Notes: generated by a model not told the origin, from the letters alone. A stretch of 64,000 bases of DNA from an uncultured Bacteroidales bacterium (GCA_937876865.1 CALEFF010000040.1:231-64230); one strand, 5' to 3'. Shown: positions 18,415-26,975, counted from the stretch's first letter. Numbers and translations: made by a program.

Positions 18415-19327
18415 CTATTATTTTTGTTGCATACACTCCTTTTTCGGTAGAAAGCTTTACAAAATACACACCTTCTTTTAATCCACTAATATCTATTGAA
18501 GAGGTCTTTTCTGTCATATTGTACTTTTTTATTTCTTGTCCTAAGAGGTTACAAATAGTCAATTCTTTAATTGGGAGAGAGGTGTTTATATATAATCTTT
18601 CCTTTGCTGGATTGGGGTAAACAGAAACTTCGTTTTCAAATTCATTGTTTTCAAGTCCTGTATATAAAGGCGTGTAACAATCATATATAGATTCATCGAA
18701 AGAAAAATCGGAATACAAACATTCTTCATTATATTCATAGCAACGCAAACGTACATTAGGCATAGGATCCATTGCCATAGTGTAACTTCTCCAATCCATT
18801 AACAATCCTTCTATGTTTCCTATTCCCTCTATCCAAGTAACCCAAGCATAATTATAAAATTGCAACGTAACTTCTCTTCGTTCTACTCCATTGAAAACAA
18901 GGGTATCAACATTTGTTACATTAAAATATAATTCATATTCTTCATCTGCAAGTATAGAATCTCCTTCTGTTAAAGAAAAATCATACAACATAAATTCTGG
19001 ACGATTATGATATGCTACAAAAACTTGTTTGTTTTCATTTTCTCTTATCCCACAAACAAAGGTTGCTGTTTCTATATCAAACTCTCGCTCTGTAAAAGAG
19101 TAAAGTTTCTTATACGACTTACCATCTATGATTGTATCTTCTTCTGTTAAAGCCAATCTTTCATAACGATATTGTTCATTATATTGACCATATTTTTGAT
19201 CTGTCGTCCATATTTGCAAGCCTTCTTTGACAATAGGGATATATTCGTAAGATTGTGTTTGTGCTTTCAAAGAAAGTGAGATTATCAATGCAAATTGCAT
19301 TACAATCAAAACAAATGTTTTTTTCAT
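18407..19327 (-). CDS. Secreted protein of unknown function with T9SS type A C-terminal sorting domain
   Basis: The signal peptide is MKKTFVLIVMQFALIISLSLKAQ. The C-terminal ~75 aa (VSVYPNPAKERLYIN...GVYFVKLSTEKGVYATKIIVE) match the Por/T9SS CTD pattern. Confidence 0.75.
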   Translation of the reverse strand: MKKTFVLIVMQFALIISLSLKAQTQSYEYIPIVKEGLQIWTTDQKYGQYNEQYRYERLALTEEDTIIDGKSYKKLYSFTEREFDIETATFVCGIRENENKQVFVAYHNRPEFMLYDFSLTEGDSILADEEYELYFNVTNVDTLVFNGVERREVTLQFYNYAWVTWIEGIGNIEGLLMDWRSYTMAMDPMPNVRLRCYEYNEECLYSDFSFDESIYDCYTPLYTGLENNEFENEVSVYPNPAKERLYINTSLPIKELTICNLLGQEIKKYNMTEKTSSIDISGLKEGVYFVKLSTEKGVYATKIIVE

Positions 19328-19352
19328 GATATTTAATATTTATTTTAGAGTG

Positions 19353-19360
19353 CAAAGATA
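19353..19360 (-). promoter_or_regulatory. -7 promoter box TATCTTTG for the T9SS cargo gene
   Basis: The minus-strand sequence TATCTTTG lies 25 nt upstream of the ATG at 19327. Confidence 0.5.
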
Positions 19361-19371
19361 AGTATTTTTTA

Positions 19372-19389
19372 CCCCCCCCCAAAAAAAAA
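19372..19389. repeat. C9-A9 double homopolymer (T9-G9 on the coding strand) that forms the -33 TTTG and most of the promoter spacer
   Basis: I counted nine C (19372-19380) followed by nine A (19381-19389). Confidence 0.9.
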
Positions 19390-19410
19390 CTCTTTTTTTT
19401 TAATAAAAAG

Positions 19411-19483
19411 AAATAAAAAAGGGAAACCCTTTGAGGATTTCCCTTTTTGTTTTTATGATTCTTTAATTGGATTATTTATTCCA
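19411..19483. repeat. 73-bp direct repeat, copy B (native nifJ 3' end plus terminator)
   Basis: It is 70/73 identical to 18342-18414 and includes the last three codons (W-N-K) and the stop codon of nifJ. Confidence 0.9.
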
Positions 19484-22400
19484 TTCCATTGTTGCCATTC
19501 TCTTGTAAGATTCGTAACGCCATTTTGCATTTTCTTCTGAGGCTGCAAATAATTGTGCTGCTTCTTCTGGGAATGCTTTCTTCAATGAGTTGTAACGTAC
19601 TTCTCCGTCAATGAATGCTTGGAATTTACTCCAATCTGGTTCTTTTGAATCTAATGTAAATGGATTCTTTCCTTCTGCTGCAAGCTCAGGATTGTATCTC
19701 CACAAGTGCCAGTATCCGCATTCTACTGCGCGTTTTCCTTCTTCTTGTGTTTTTCCCATTCCTATCTTGATTCCGTGGTTGATACATGGTGCGTAAGCTA
19801 TGATCAATGATGGTCCGTTGTAAGCTTCGGCTTCTTTTAATACTTTTAAGTATTGTGCAGGGTCTGCTCCTATTGATACTTGTGCAACGTAAACGTATCC
19901 GTATGTTGTTGCTATCATACCAAGGTCTTTCTTACGGATTCTCTTTCCTGATGCTGCGAATTTAGCTATTGCTCCAACAGGTGTTGCTTTTGAGGCTTGT
20001 CCTCCTGTGTTTGAATAAACTTCTGTATCTACTACTAATATGTTTACGTCTTCTCCTGATGCGATAACATGGTCAAGTCCACCGTATCCGATGTCGTATC
20101 CCCAACCGTCTCCACCGAATATCCATTGTGATTTCTTAACGATGAATTGTTTGTTAGCTTCTAATTCTTTGCATATATCGCAACCGCATTGTCCTAATGT
20201 TGGAACAAGTGAGTTGTAAACTTTTTGTGTGATTTCTGCGTTTTCTCTATTGTCTATCCAAAGTTGGAATAATGCTTTTTGGTCTGCTGTGCAACATTCG
20301 CAAGTTAAGCCTCTTCTCATTAGGTCTTCAACTCTATCTCTCATTTTACGAGTTGCTGTTGCCATACCTAAACCAAATTCTGCATTGTCTTCAAATAATG
20401 AGTTTGCCCATGCTGGTCCTCTGCCTTCTGCGTTTGTTGTATATGGCATAGATGGGCAAGATCCTCCATAGATTGAAGAACAACCTGTTGCATTGGCTAC
20501 CATCATTCTTTCTCCGAATAATTGTGTGATAAGTTTTATGTATGGTGTTTCTCCACAACCTGCACATGCTCCTGAGAATTCAAATAATGGTTGAGCAAAT
20601 TGAGAATTCTTTATGCTCTTTCCTACTTCTACAAGGTTTGATTTGTAGGTTACGTTCTTTGTTACATTGTCCCAAACTTTTGCTTCTTCCATTTGTGTGT
20701 GTAATGGTTCCATTGTAAGGGCTTTTGTCTTAGCTGGACATACATCAACACAGTTTCCACAACCTGTACAATCAAGTGGAGAGATTTGTACACGGAATTG
20801 CATTCCTTCAAATTCTTTTCCTATTGCTTTTATTGTGGTTGGATTTCCTGCTTTTACAAGTTCGTCTGCTGTGAATACGAATGGACGTACTGCTGCGTGA
20901 GGACATACTAATGAACATTTGTTACATTGGATACAGTTTTCTGCATGCCATGCTGGAACGTGTGCTGCTATTCCTCTCTTTTCGTATTGAGATGTTCCAC
21001 AAGGGAATGTTCCGTTTTCTCTTCCTGCAAATGCACTTACTGGTAATGTATCTCCTTCTTGTGCATTGATTACATCTACTACGTTCTTTATGAATTCTGG
21101 TTTTTCTGCTGCTTCTCCGCAACTACAATCGCATGTACAAGCATCAGCCCATTCTTTTTTAACTTCTATTTTAACAACTTCTCCTCCTTTATCAACAGCA
21201 GCGTAGTTCATCTTAACGATGTTTTCGCCTTTCTTGCCGTATGATTTATCGATTGCTTTCTTCATTGCTGTAACTGCAACTTCGTAAGGAATTACTTCTG
21301 CAATCTTGAAGAATGCTGATTGAAGAATTGTGTTAGTTCTGTTTCCTAATCCTATTTCTTCTGCAATCTTTGTTGCGTTGATTATATAGAAGTTGATATT
21401 CTTTTCTGCTAATTCTTTTTTAACCTTAGCGCTTAATCTTTCTACTGTTTCTTCTGCTGAGAACATTGAGTTTAAAAGGAATGTTCCGTTAGGTTTGATT
21501 CCTTTCAATACTTCATACATATTCATATAGTTGAATACGTGGCAAGCAACGAAGTCTGGTGTTGTTACTAAGTAAGGTGAACGAATTACATTGTCTCCAA
21601 AACGTAGGTGAGAGCAAGTAAATCCTCCTGATTTCTTACTATCGTATGAGAAATATGCTTGACAATATTTGTTTGTGTTGTCTCCGATGATTTTGATAGA
21701 GTTTTTATTTGCTCCTACTGTACCATCTGCTCCTAATCCGTAGAATTTAGCTTCAAATGTTCCTTCTGTTGCCATTGATATTTCTGGTAACATTGGTAAA
21801 GAACGATTTGTAACGTCATCAACTATACCAACTGTGAATTGGTTCATTGGGTTAGCTGATTTAAGGTTTTCTACTACTGAAAGGATTTGTGCTGGTGTTG
21901 TATCTTTTGAAGACAATCCATATCTACCTCCAATAACCATTGGTTTTTCTGTGCAAGTGCAAGCTGCTATTGCTTCTACTACGTCTAAGTATAATGGATC
22001 TCCGTTAGCACCTGCTTCTTTTGTACGGTCTAACACACAAATTCTTTTTGCAGTTTTTGGAAGGGCTGCAAAGAAGTATTTTTTAGAGAATGGACGGTAA
22101 AGATGTACTGTTACTAATCCTAATTTTTCGCCTTTCTTAGCAAGGTAGTCTATTACTTCTTTTATTGTGTCTGAAACGCTACCCATTGCTACTATTACGT
22201 TTTCTGCATCTGCTGCTCCATAGTAGTTGAATGGTTTGTATTCTCTGCCTGTTAATTGAGAGATTTTTTCCATATAGTCTGCTACTATTTCAGGTAGTGC
22301 ATCGTAGAATGGATTACATGCTTCTCTTGCTTGGAAGAATACGTCTGGGTTTTGAGCTGTACCTCTTGTTACAGGATGTTCTGGATTCAAGGCATTTTCT

Positions 22401-23017
22401 CTGTAATTTTTTAATGCTTCTTGATCAACCAATGCAGCCATATCTTCTGTGTCTAAGGCTTCTATTTTTTGAATTTCGTGAGATGTACGGAATCCGTCAA
22501 AATAGTGCATGAAAGGAACTCTTCCTTTTATTGCTGAAAGGTGAGCTACTCCTGCTAAATCCATTGCTTCTTGAACTGATGCCGAAGAAAGCATTGCAAA
22601 TCCTGTTTGACGACAAGCGTAAACGTCAGAGTGATCTCCAAAGATTGAAAGAGCGTGAGCAGCTATTGTTCTTGCAGTAACGTGAAGTACGCCTGGAAGT
22701 AACTCTCCTGCTATTTTATACATATTTGGTATCATCAACAACAATCCTTGTGAAGCGGTGAATGTTGTAGATAAAGCACCTGCTTGCAAAGATCCGTGTA
22801 ATGCACCAGCAGCTCCTGCTTCTGATTGCATTTCTACCAATTTTACTGTTTCTCCAAAAATATTTTTGCGACCATTTGCTGACCATTCATCAACATATTC
22901 TGCCATTGGTGATGATGGGGTAATAGGATAGATTGCTGCTACTTCGCTAAACATATATGCAACGTGAGCACAAGCCTGATTACCATCGCATGTCAAAAAT
23001 TTCTTTTCTTTTGCCAT
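19472..23017 (-). CDS. nifJ: Pyruvate:ferredoxin (flavodoxin) oxidoreductase, single-polypeptide PFOR
   Basis: This 1181-aa protein has an internal 2x[4Fe-4S] ferredoxin domain (CIQCNKCSLVCPHAA, CTGCGNCVDVCP) and the TPP-binding block GGDGWGYDIGYGGLDH. Confidence 0.95.
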   Translation of the reverse strand: MAKEKKFLTCDGNQACAHVAYMFSEVAAIYPITPSSPMAEYVDEWSANGRKNIFGETVKLVEMQSEAGAAGALHGSLQAGALSTTFTASQGLLLMIPNMYKIAGELLPGVLHVTARTIAAHALSIFGDHSDVYACRQTGFAMLSSASVQEAMDLAGVAHLSAIKGRVPFMHYFDGFRTSHEIQKIEALDTEDMAALVDQEALKNYRENALNPEHPVTRGTAQNPDVFFQAREACNPFYDALPEIVADYMEKISQLTGREYKPFNYYGAADAENVIVAMGSVSDTIKEVIDYLAKKGEKLGLVTVHLYRPFSKKYFFAALPKTAKRICVLDRTKEAGANGDPLYLDVVEAIAACTCTEKPMVIGGRYGLSSKDTTPAQILSVVENLKSANPMNQFTVGIVDDVTNRSLPMLPEISMATEGTFEAKFYGLGADGTVGANKNSIKIIGDNTNKYCQAYFSYDSKKSGGFTCSHLRFGDNVIRSPYLVTTPDFVACHVFNYMNMYEVLKGIKPNGTFLLNSMFSAEETVERLSAKVKKELAEKNINFYIINATKIAEEIGLGNRTNTILQSAFFKIAEVIPYEVAVTAMKKAIDKSYGKKGENIVKMNYAAVDKGGEVVKIEVKKEWADACTCDCSCGEAAEKPEFIKNVVDVINAQEGDTLPVSAFAGRENGTFPCGTSQYEKRGIAAHVPAWHAENCIQCNKCSLVCPHAAVRPFVFTADELVKAGNPTTIKAIGKEFEGMQFRVQISPLDCTGCGNCVDVCPAKTKALTMEPLHTQMEEAKVWDNVTKNVTYKSNLVEVGKSIKNSQFAQPLFEFSGACAGCGETPYIKLITQLFGERMMVANATGCSSIYGGSCPSMPYTTNAEGRGPAWANSLFEDNAEFGLGMATATRKMRDRVEDLMRRGLTCECCTADQKALFQLWIDNRENAEITQKVYNSLVPTLGQCGCDICKELEANKQFIVKKSQWIFGGDGWGYDIGYGGLDHVIASGEDVNILVVDTEVYSNTGGQASKATPVGAIAKFAASGKRIRKKDLGMIATTYGYVYVAQVSIGADPAQYLKVLKEAEAYNGPSLIIAYAPCINHGIKIGMGKTQEEGKRAVECGYWHLWRYNPELAAEGKNPFTLDSKEPDWSKFQAFIDGEVRYNSLKKAFPEEAAQLFAASEENAKWRYESYKRMATMEWNK

Positions 23018-23061
23018 TGCTGTATTATTTAAATTTAAAACAATTATTTATCTACAAACTG

Positions 23062-23069
23062 CAAAGGTA
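23062..23069 (-). promoter_or_regulatory. -7 promoter box TACCTTTG for nifJ
   Basis: The minus-strand sequence TACCTTTG lies 45 nt upstream of the ATG at 23017. Confidence 0.45.
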
Positions 23070-23120
23070 CAGTAAAATTTTGAATATTCATAGAAAGATT
23101 ATTTTTTTTCTTTAAATTAG

Positions 23121-23141
23121 TAAATTATTTCTTTGTTTTAA
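23121..23141. repeat. 21-nt exact repeat TAAATTATTTCTTTGTTTTAA (copy 1)
   Basis: It is identical to 26824-26844 and contains the TTCTTTG core of the hairpin family. Confidence 0.8.
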
Positions 23142-23163
23142 CATTTTTTTATCCCTAAAAAAA

Positions 23164-23222
23164 AGTCTACAATATAGACTAAACAGTCTACGATATAGAC
23201 TAAACAGTCCACGATATAGACA
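23164..23222. repeat. Three tandem 21-bp units, each carrying the inverted repeat AGTCTA-N5-TAGACT
   Basis: The units are AGTCTACAATATAGACTAAAC (23164-23184), AGTCTACGATATAGACTAAAC (23185-23205) and the degenerate AGTCCACGATATAGACA (23206-23222). Confidence 0.9.
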
Positions 23223-23283
23223 CAATAATAAAGTATATAATAAAATTATAACTAAAAGAAAAAAAATAAAAAAAGAAATGTTT

Positions 23284-23862
23284 TTAAAATCTTTCTGTTA
23301 TTTTTTCCCAATCAACAAGCGGCCAAAAATCTTTTAAATAATCTGCTCTGCGATTTTGTTTATCAAGATAGTAAGCATGTTCCCATACATCACAAACTAA
23401 AAGTGGCGTTTTATTTTGACAAATTGGGTTTTCTGCATTTGGCAAGGCTAATATTTCTAATTTGTTTTCCTCATTTTTAACAAGCCATACCCAACCACTT
23501 CCAAAGAGATTTAATGCTTGTGTTGTAAATTCTTGTTTGAAATTTTCAATATTGCCATATTGTTGATTGATATTTTCTAAAAAAGCCGAAGAAGGTTGTG
23601 TGTTTCGCTTTTCTGAAAAACAATCCCAATAAAAGGTATGATTCCACACTTGTGCAGCATTATTAAAAATTGAGCCTTTGGCATGTTTAATGATGTATTC
23701 CAAAGGTTTTGATTCAAATTCACTATTAGCAATCAATGTATTTAATTTATCTACATAGGCTTGATGATGTTTTAAATAGTGAAATTCCATTGTTCTTTTG
23801 CTAATGTAAGGCTCTAATGCCTCTAAGGAATAATTTAATTTTGGTAATTCAATTTTTTTCAT
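23284..23862 (-). CDS. sodB: Fe/Mn superoxide dismutase
   Basis: It has metal-ligand motifs (FHYLKHHQAYV, DVWEHAYYLD) and is 192 aa long. Confidence 0.93.
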   Translation of the reverse strand: MKKIELPKLNYSLEALEPYISKRTMEFHYLKHHQAYVDKLNTLIANSEFESKPLEYIIKHAKGSIFNNAAQVWNHTFYWDCFSEKRNTQPSSAFLENINQQYGNIENFKQEFTTQALNLFGSGWVWLVKNEENKLEILALPNAENPICQNKTPLLVCDVWEHAYYLDKQNRRADYLKDFWPLVDWEKITERF

Positions 23863-23894
23863 AGTCTAAGTTTTTTTCTGTTCTATTCAAGAAA

Positions 23895-23902
23895 CAAATT
23901 TA
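23895..23902 (-). promoter_or_regulatory. -7 promoter box TAAATTTG for sodB
   Basis: The minus-strand sequence TAAATTTG lies 33 nt upstream of the ATG at 23862. Confidence 0.45.
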
Positions 23903-23977
23903 CAAAAACTTTGTTCAATAAGAGTGTTCAAAAAAAAATTAAATTTAAAATCGTTTTGTCAATTGAAAATAAAGTTA

Positions 23978-23985
23978 TAATTTTG
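23978..23985 (+). promoter_or_regulatory. -7 promoter box TAATTTTG for korDABC
   Basis: The sequence matches TAnnTTTG and lies 44 nt upstream of the ATG at 24029. Confidence 0.45.
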
Positions 23986-24028
23986 GAGACTGAAATACAA
24001 TTATTTTAATCATTAAAAATATAAAGCA

Positions 24029-24247
24029 ATGGCAATAAAAGGAGCAATTGTAATTGATATTGAGCGTTGTAAAGGTTGCGGAGTATGCGCTTCCGTATGT
24101 CCAAAACAAGTTATCGCTCTATCAAAAAATGTAAATGTAAAAGGTTATAATTATGCCGAAATGGTAAACGGTGATTGCATCGGTTGTGCGTCTTGTGGCA
24201 TGGTATGTCCTGATGGTGTTATAACAGTTTACAAAGCAAAGTTATAA
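24029..24247 (+). CDS. korD: 2-oxoacid:ferredoxin oxidoreductase delta subunit (2x[4Fe-4S] ferredoxin)
   Basis: This 72-aa protein has two CxxCxxCxxxCP motifs (CKGCGVCASVCP, CIGCASCGMVCP). Confidence 0.85.
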   Translation: MAIKGAIVIDIERCKGCGVCASVCPKQVIALSKNVNVKGYNYAEMVNGDCIGCASCGMVCPDGVITVYKAKL

Positions 24248-24266
24248 ATAAAAAACTTTATAAGAA

Positions 24267-25352
24267 ATGGCAAAAGAGTTAAAATTAATGAAAGGTAACG
24301 AAGCAATTGCGGAAGCCGCAATTCGCTCCGGTTGTGACGGCTATTTCGGATATCCTATCACTCCACAATCTGAGGTTATGGAACATTTGATGGCTGAAAT
24401 GCCATGGGAAAAAACCGGTATGGTCGTTTTACAGGCAGAAAGTGAAGTTGCCTCAATCAATATGGTATATGGTGGTGCTGCAACAGGTAAAAAAGTTATG
24501 ACCTCTTCTTCTTCTCCAGGAATGTCTTTGATGCAAGAAGGTGTAACTTACCTTGCTGGTGCAGAATTACCTTGTTTGCTTGTTAATGTTATGAGAGGTG
24601 GTCCTGGTTTAGGAACAATCCAACCTTCACAAGCAGATTACTTCCAAACTGTAAAAGGTGGTGGTCACGGAGACTATCAATTATATACTCTTGCACCTGC
24701 AAGTGTTCAAGAAATGTATGATTTCGTTTTCAAGGCTTGGGATATAGCGTTCAAATACAGAAACCCTGTTATGATTCTTTCTGATGGTGCTATTGGACAA
24801 GTAATGGAAAAAGTTTATGTAGGCGATTATGTTCCTCGTTGGACTGACGAAGAAATAGCAAAAAATGCTCCTTGGGCTGCATTTGGTAAACCTGCGTCAA
24901 GAGACCATAATATAGTTACTTCTTTGGAACTTGATTCTTCTAAACAAGAAAAACACAATCATCGTTTCCAAGCAAAATATCGTGAAATGGAAAAGAACGA
25001 TACTTTGTATGAAGAAATAATGTGCGAAGATGCTGATTATGTATTTGTAGCTTACGGTTCTTGTGCTCGTATCGCTCACAAAGCTGTTCAACTTGCAAGA
25101 GAAAAAGGTATTAAAGTTGGTTTGTTAAGACCTATTACTTTATTCCCATTCCCTACTCAACCAATCAAAGCATTGGCTCAAAGAGTTAAAGGAATCCTTA
25201 CTGTTGAAATGTCAGCAGGTCAAATGGTATATGACGTAAAACTTGCTTCTGAATTTAAATGTCCAGTAGAATACTTCGGACGTTATGGTGGTATAATACC
25301 TACTCCACAAGAAGTTGTAGAAGCATTGGAAAACAAATTAATTAAGGGCTAA
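24267..25352 (+). CDS. korA: 2-oxoglutarate/2-oxoacid:ferredoxin oxidoreductase alpha subunit
   Basis: The N-terminus (GNEAIAEAAIRSGCDGYFGYPITPQSE) is typical of the OFOR alpha subunit, and the gene sits in a four-gene delta-alpha-beta-gamma operon. Confidence 0.88.
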   Translation: MAKELKLMKGNEAIAEAAIRSGCDGYFGYPITPQSEVMEHLMAEMPWEKTGMVVLQAESEVASINMVYGGAATGKKVMTSSSSPGMSLMQEGVTYLAGAELPCLLVNVMRGGPGLGTIQPSQADYFQTVKGGGHGDYQLYTLAPASVQEMYDFVFKAWDIAFKYRNPVMILSDGAIGQVMEKVYVGDYVPRWTDEEIAKNAPWAAFGKPASRDHNIVTSLELDSSKQEKHNHRFQAKYREMEKNDTLYEEIMCEDADYVFVAYGSCARIAHKAVQLAREKGIKVGLLRPITLFPFPTQPIKALAQRVKGILTVEMSAGQMVYDVKLASEFKCPVEYFGRYGGIIPTPQEVVEALENKLIKG

Positions 25353-25356
25353 GATT

Positions 25357-26184
25357 ATGTTTAACGAAGAAATAGTAAAACCAGAAAATCTTGTTTACAA
25401 AAAAACAGATGTTCTTACCGATGCAATTATGCACTATTGTCCTGGTTGTCCTCACGGAACAATTCACAGAATAATAGCTGAGGTGATAGAAGAAATGGGC
25501 ATTCAAGATAAAGCGATAGGTATTGCTCCTGTTGGATGTTCTGTATTAGCATATAATTATTTTAATGTGGATTTTGTTGAAGCTGCTCACGGTAGAGCTC
25601 CTGCTCTTGCTTCTGCAATTCAAAGATTACACCCAAATCACCACACTTTCACTTATCAAGGTGATGGAGACTTGGCTGCGATAGGTACTGCTGAAACAAT
25701 TCATGCTTGTAACCGTGGAGAAAATATCATTATATTCTTTGTAAATAATGCAATATATGGTATGACAGGTGGTCAAATGGCTCCTACTACATTGGTTGGC
25801 ATGCAATCTGCTACTACTCCTTACGGACGTAGAGTTGATTTGAATGGATGGCCTTTACAAATAACTGAATTGGTAGCTCAACTTCCTGGTACATATTATG
25901 TAACTCGTCAAAGTGCTTCAACAGCTGCTGATGTTAGAAAAGCAAAAGCTGCTGTTAGAAAAGCTTTTGAAAACCAAGCTGCAAAAAAAGGAACTCAATT
26001 CATAGAATTTGTTTCAACTTGTAACTCTGGTTGGAAGATGACTCCTGTTCAAGCTAATGAATGGATGCGTCAAAATATGTTCCCTAAATATGTTTTGGGT
26101 GACATAAAATTAGACGGACAAATAGTAAGAGAATACAATCCTGAAGATAGTAAAGTTATCAGAGAATTGAAATCAGTAAAATAA
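25357..26184 (+). CDS. korB: 2-oxoglutarate/2-oxoacid:ferredoxin oxidoreductase beta subunit (TPP-binding)
   Basis: It has the cluster-ligand region CPGCPHG and the TPP motif YQGDGDLAAIG...NNAIYGMTGGQ. Confidence 0.88.
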   Translation: MFNEEIVKPENLVYKKTDVLTDAIMHYCPGCPHGTIHRIIAEVIEEMGIQDKAIGIAPVGCSVLAYNYFNVDFVEAAHGRAPALASAIQRLHPNHHTFTYQGDGDLAAIGTAETIHACNRGENIIIFFVNNAIYGMTGGQMAPTTLVGMQSATTPYGRRVDLNGWPLQITELVAQLPGTYYVTRQSASTAADVRKAKAAVRKAFENQAAKKGTQFIEFVSTCNSGWKMTPVQANEWMRQNMFPKYVLGDIKLDGQIVREYNPEDSKVIRELKSVK

Positions 26185-26205
26185 CCCATAAAAAAACATA
26201 CAACA

Positions 26206-26757
26206 ATGACAGAAGAAATAATTATAGCAGGTTTCGGAGGACAAGGAGTTTTATCTATGGGTAAAATACTTGCTTACTCTGGTGCAATGCAAGGAAAAGA
26301 AGTAAGTTGGATGCCATCATACGGTCCTGAAATGCGTGGAGGTACAGCAAACGTATCAGTTATCATCTCTGATGAAAGAATATCTTCACCTATCATCAGC
26401 CAATTTGATACAGCAATCATTCTTAATCAACAATCATTAGACAAATTTGAAAACTCAGTTAAACCTGGTGGTTTGTTGATTTATGATCCAAATGGAATCA
26501 TTAACCCTCCTACAAGAAAAGACATCAATGTTTATAAAATTCCTGCAACAGAAAAAAGTGTTGAAATGGGAATGGCAAAAGTATTCAATATGATGGTACT
26601 TGGAGGATTTTTGAAAATAAAACCTGTGGTTACAGAACAATATATAGAAGAAGGATTAAAACACTCTCTTCCTGAAAGACACCACAAATTAATTCCAACA
26701 AACCTTGACGCAGTTGCAAAAGGTAAAGAAATGATTGAAGCAGTAAACACTCTTTAA
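26206..26757 (+). CDS. korC: 2-oxoglutarate/2-oxoacid:ferredoxin oxidoreductase gamma subunit
   Basis: The N-terminus (IIIAGFGGQGVLSMGKILA) and the block YGPEMRGGTA are typical of the gamma subunit. Confidence 0.88.
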   Translation: MTEEIIIAGFGGQGVLSMGKILAYSGAMQGKEVSWMPSYGPEMRGGTANVSVIISDERISSPIISQFDTAIILNQQSLDKFENSVKPGGLLIYDPNGIINPPTRKDINVYKIPATEKSVEMGMAKVFNMMVLGGFLKIKPVVTEQYIEEGLKHSLPERHHKLIPTNLDAVAKGKEMIEAVNTL

Positions 26758-26782
26758 TTTTACTGAAAATCTATTATAAGGA

Positions 26783-26812
26783 AATGAGACTGAGAAATCG
26801 GTCTCATTTTTT
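26783..26812 (+). terminator. Intrinsic terminator after korC
   Basis: The stem AATGAGAC / GTCTCATT is followed by a T-run. Confidence 0.7.
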
Positions 26813-26823
26813 CTTTGTTTTAA

Positions 26824-26844
26824 TAAATTATTTCTTTGTTTTAA
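26824..26844. repeat. 21-nt exact repeat TAAATTATTTCTTTGTTTTAA (copy 2)
   Basis: It is identical to 23121-23141. A further TTCTTTGTTTTAAT copy lies immediately upstream at 26811-26824. Confidence 0.8.
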
Positions 26845-26975
26845 TTTAATAATTCAAAGGATTATTTTCTTCTTTCTTTCATTCACAAAATCCTAATTTT
26901 CAAATATAAAGAAATTCTTTAATCTCATATAAAAAAAAATTCTATATAAAGAATTGGTAATTAAACAAAAAATTG

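Noticed and set aside
23164-23222. I considered whether the tandem 21-bp repeats are a degenerate CRISPR array.
   Set aside because: The units are directly contiguous with no spacers, there are only three copies, and no cas genes are present. I report them instead as an operator-like or hairpin array.
23863-24028. Gene orientation switches here from mostly minus strand (left ~24 kb) to almost all plus strand (right ~40 kb). This could mark a replication origin.
   Set aside because: There is no dnaA or dnaN nearby. I could see no cluster of TTATCCACA-type DnaA boxes, only weak single near-matches such as TTATCCCTA at about 23147. A divergent sodB/kor promoter pair explains the region. A GC-skew analysis of the whole replicon would settle it.
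26908-26955. A short palindrome AAAGAAATTCTTT and a repeated ATATAAAGAA(A)TT lie upstream of the rnf promoter and could be an operator.
   Set aside because: These are 12-13-nt A/T-only motifs in a very AT-rich spacer and are plausibly chance. They are worth revisiting only if conserved in relatives.
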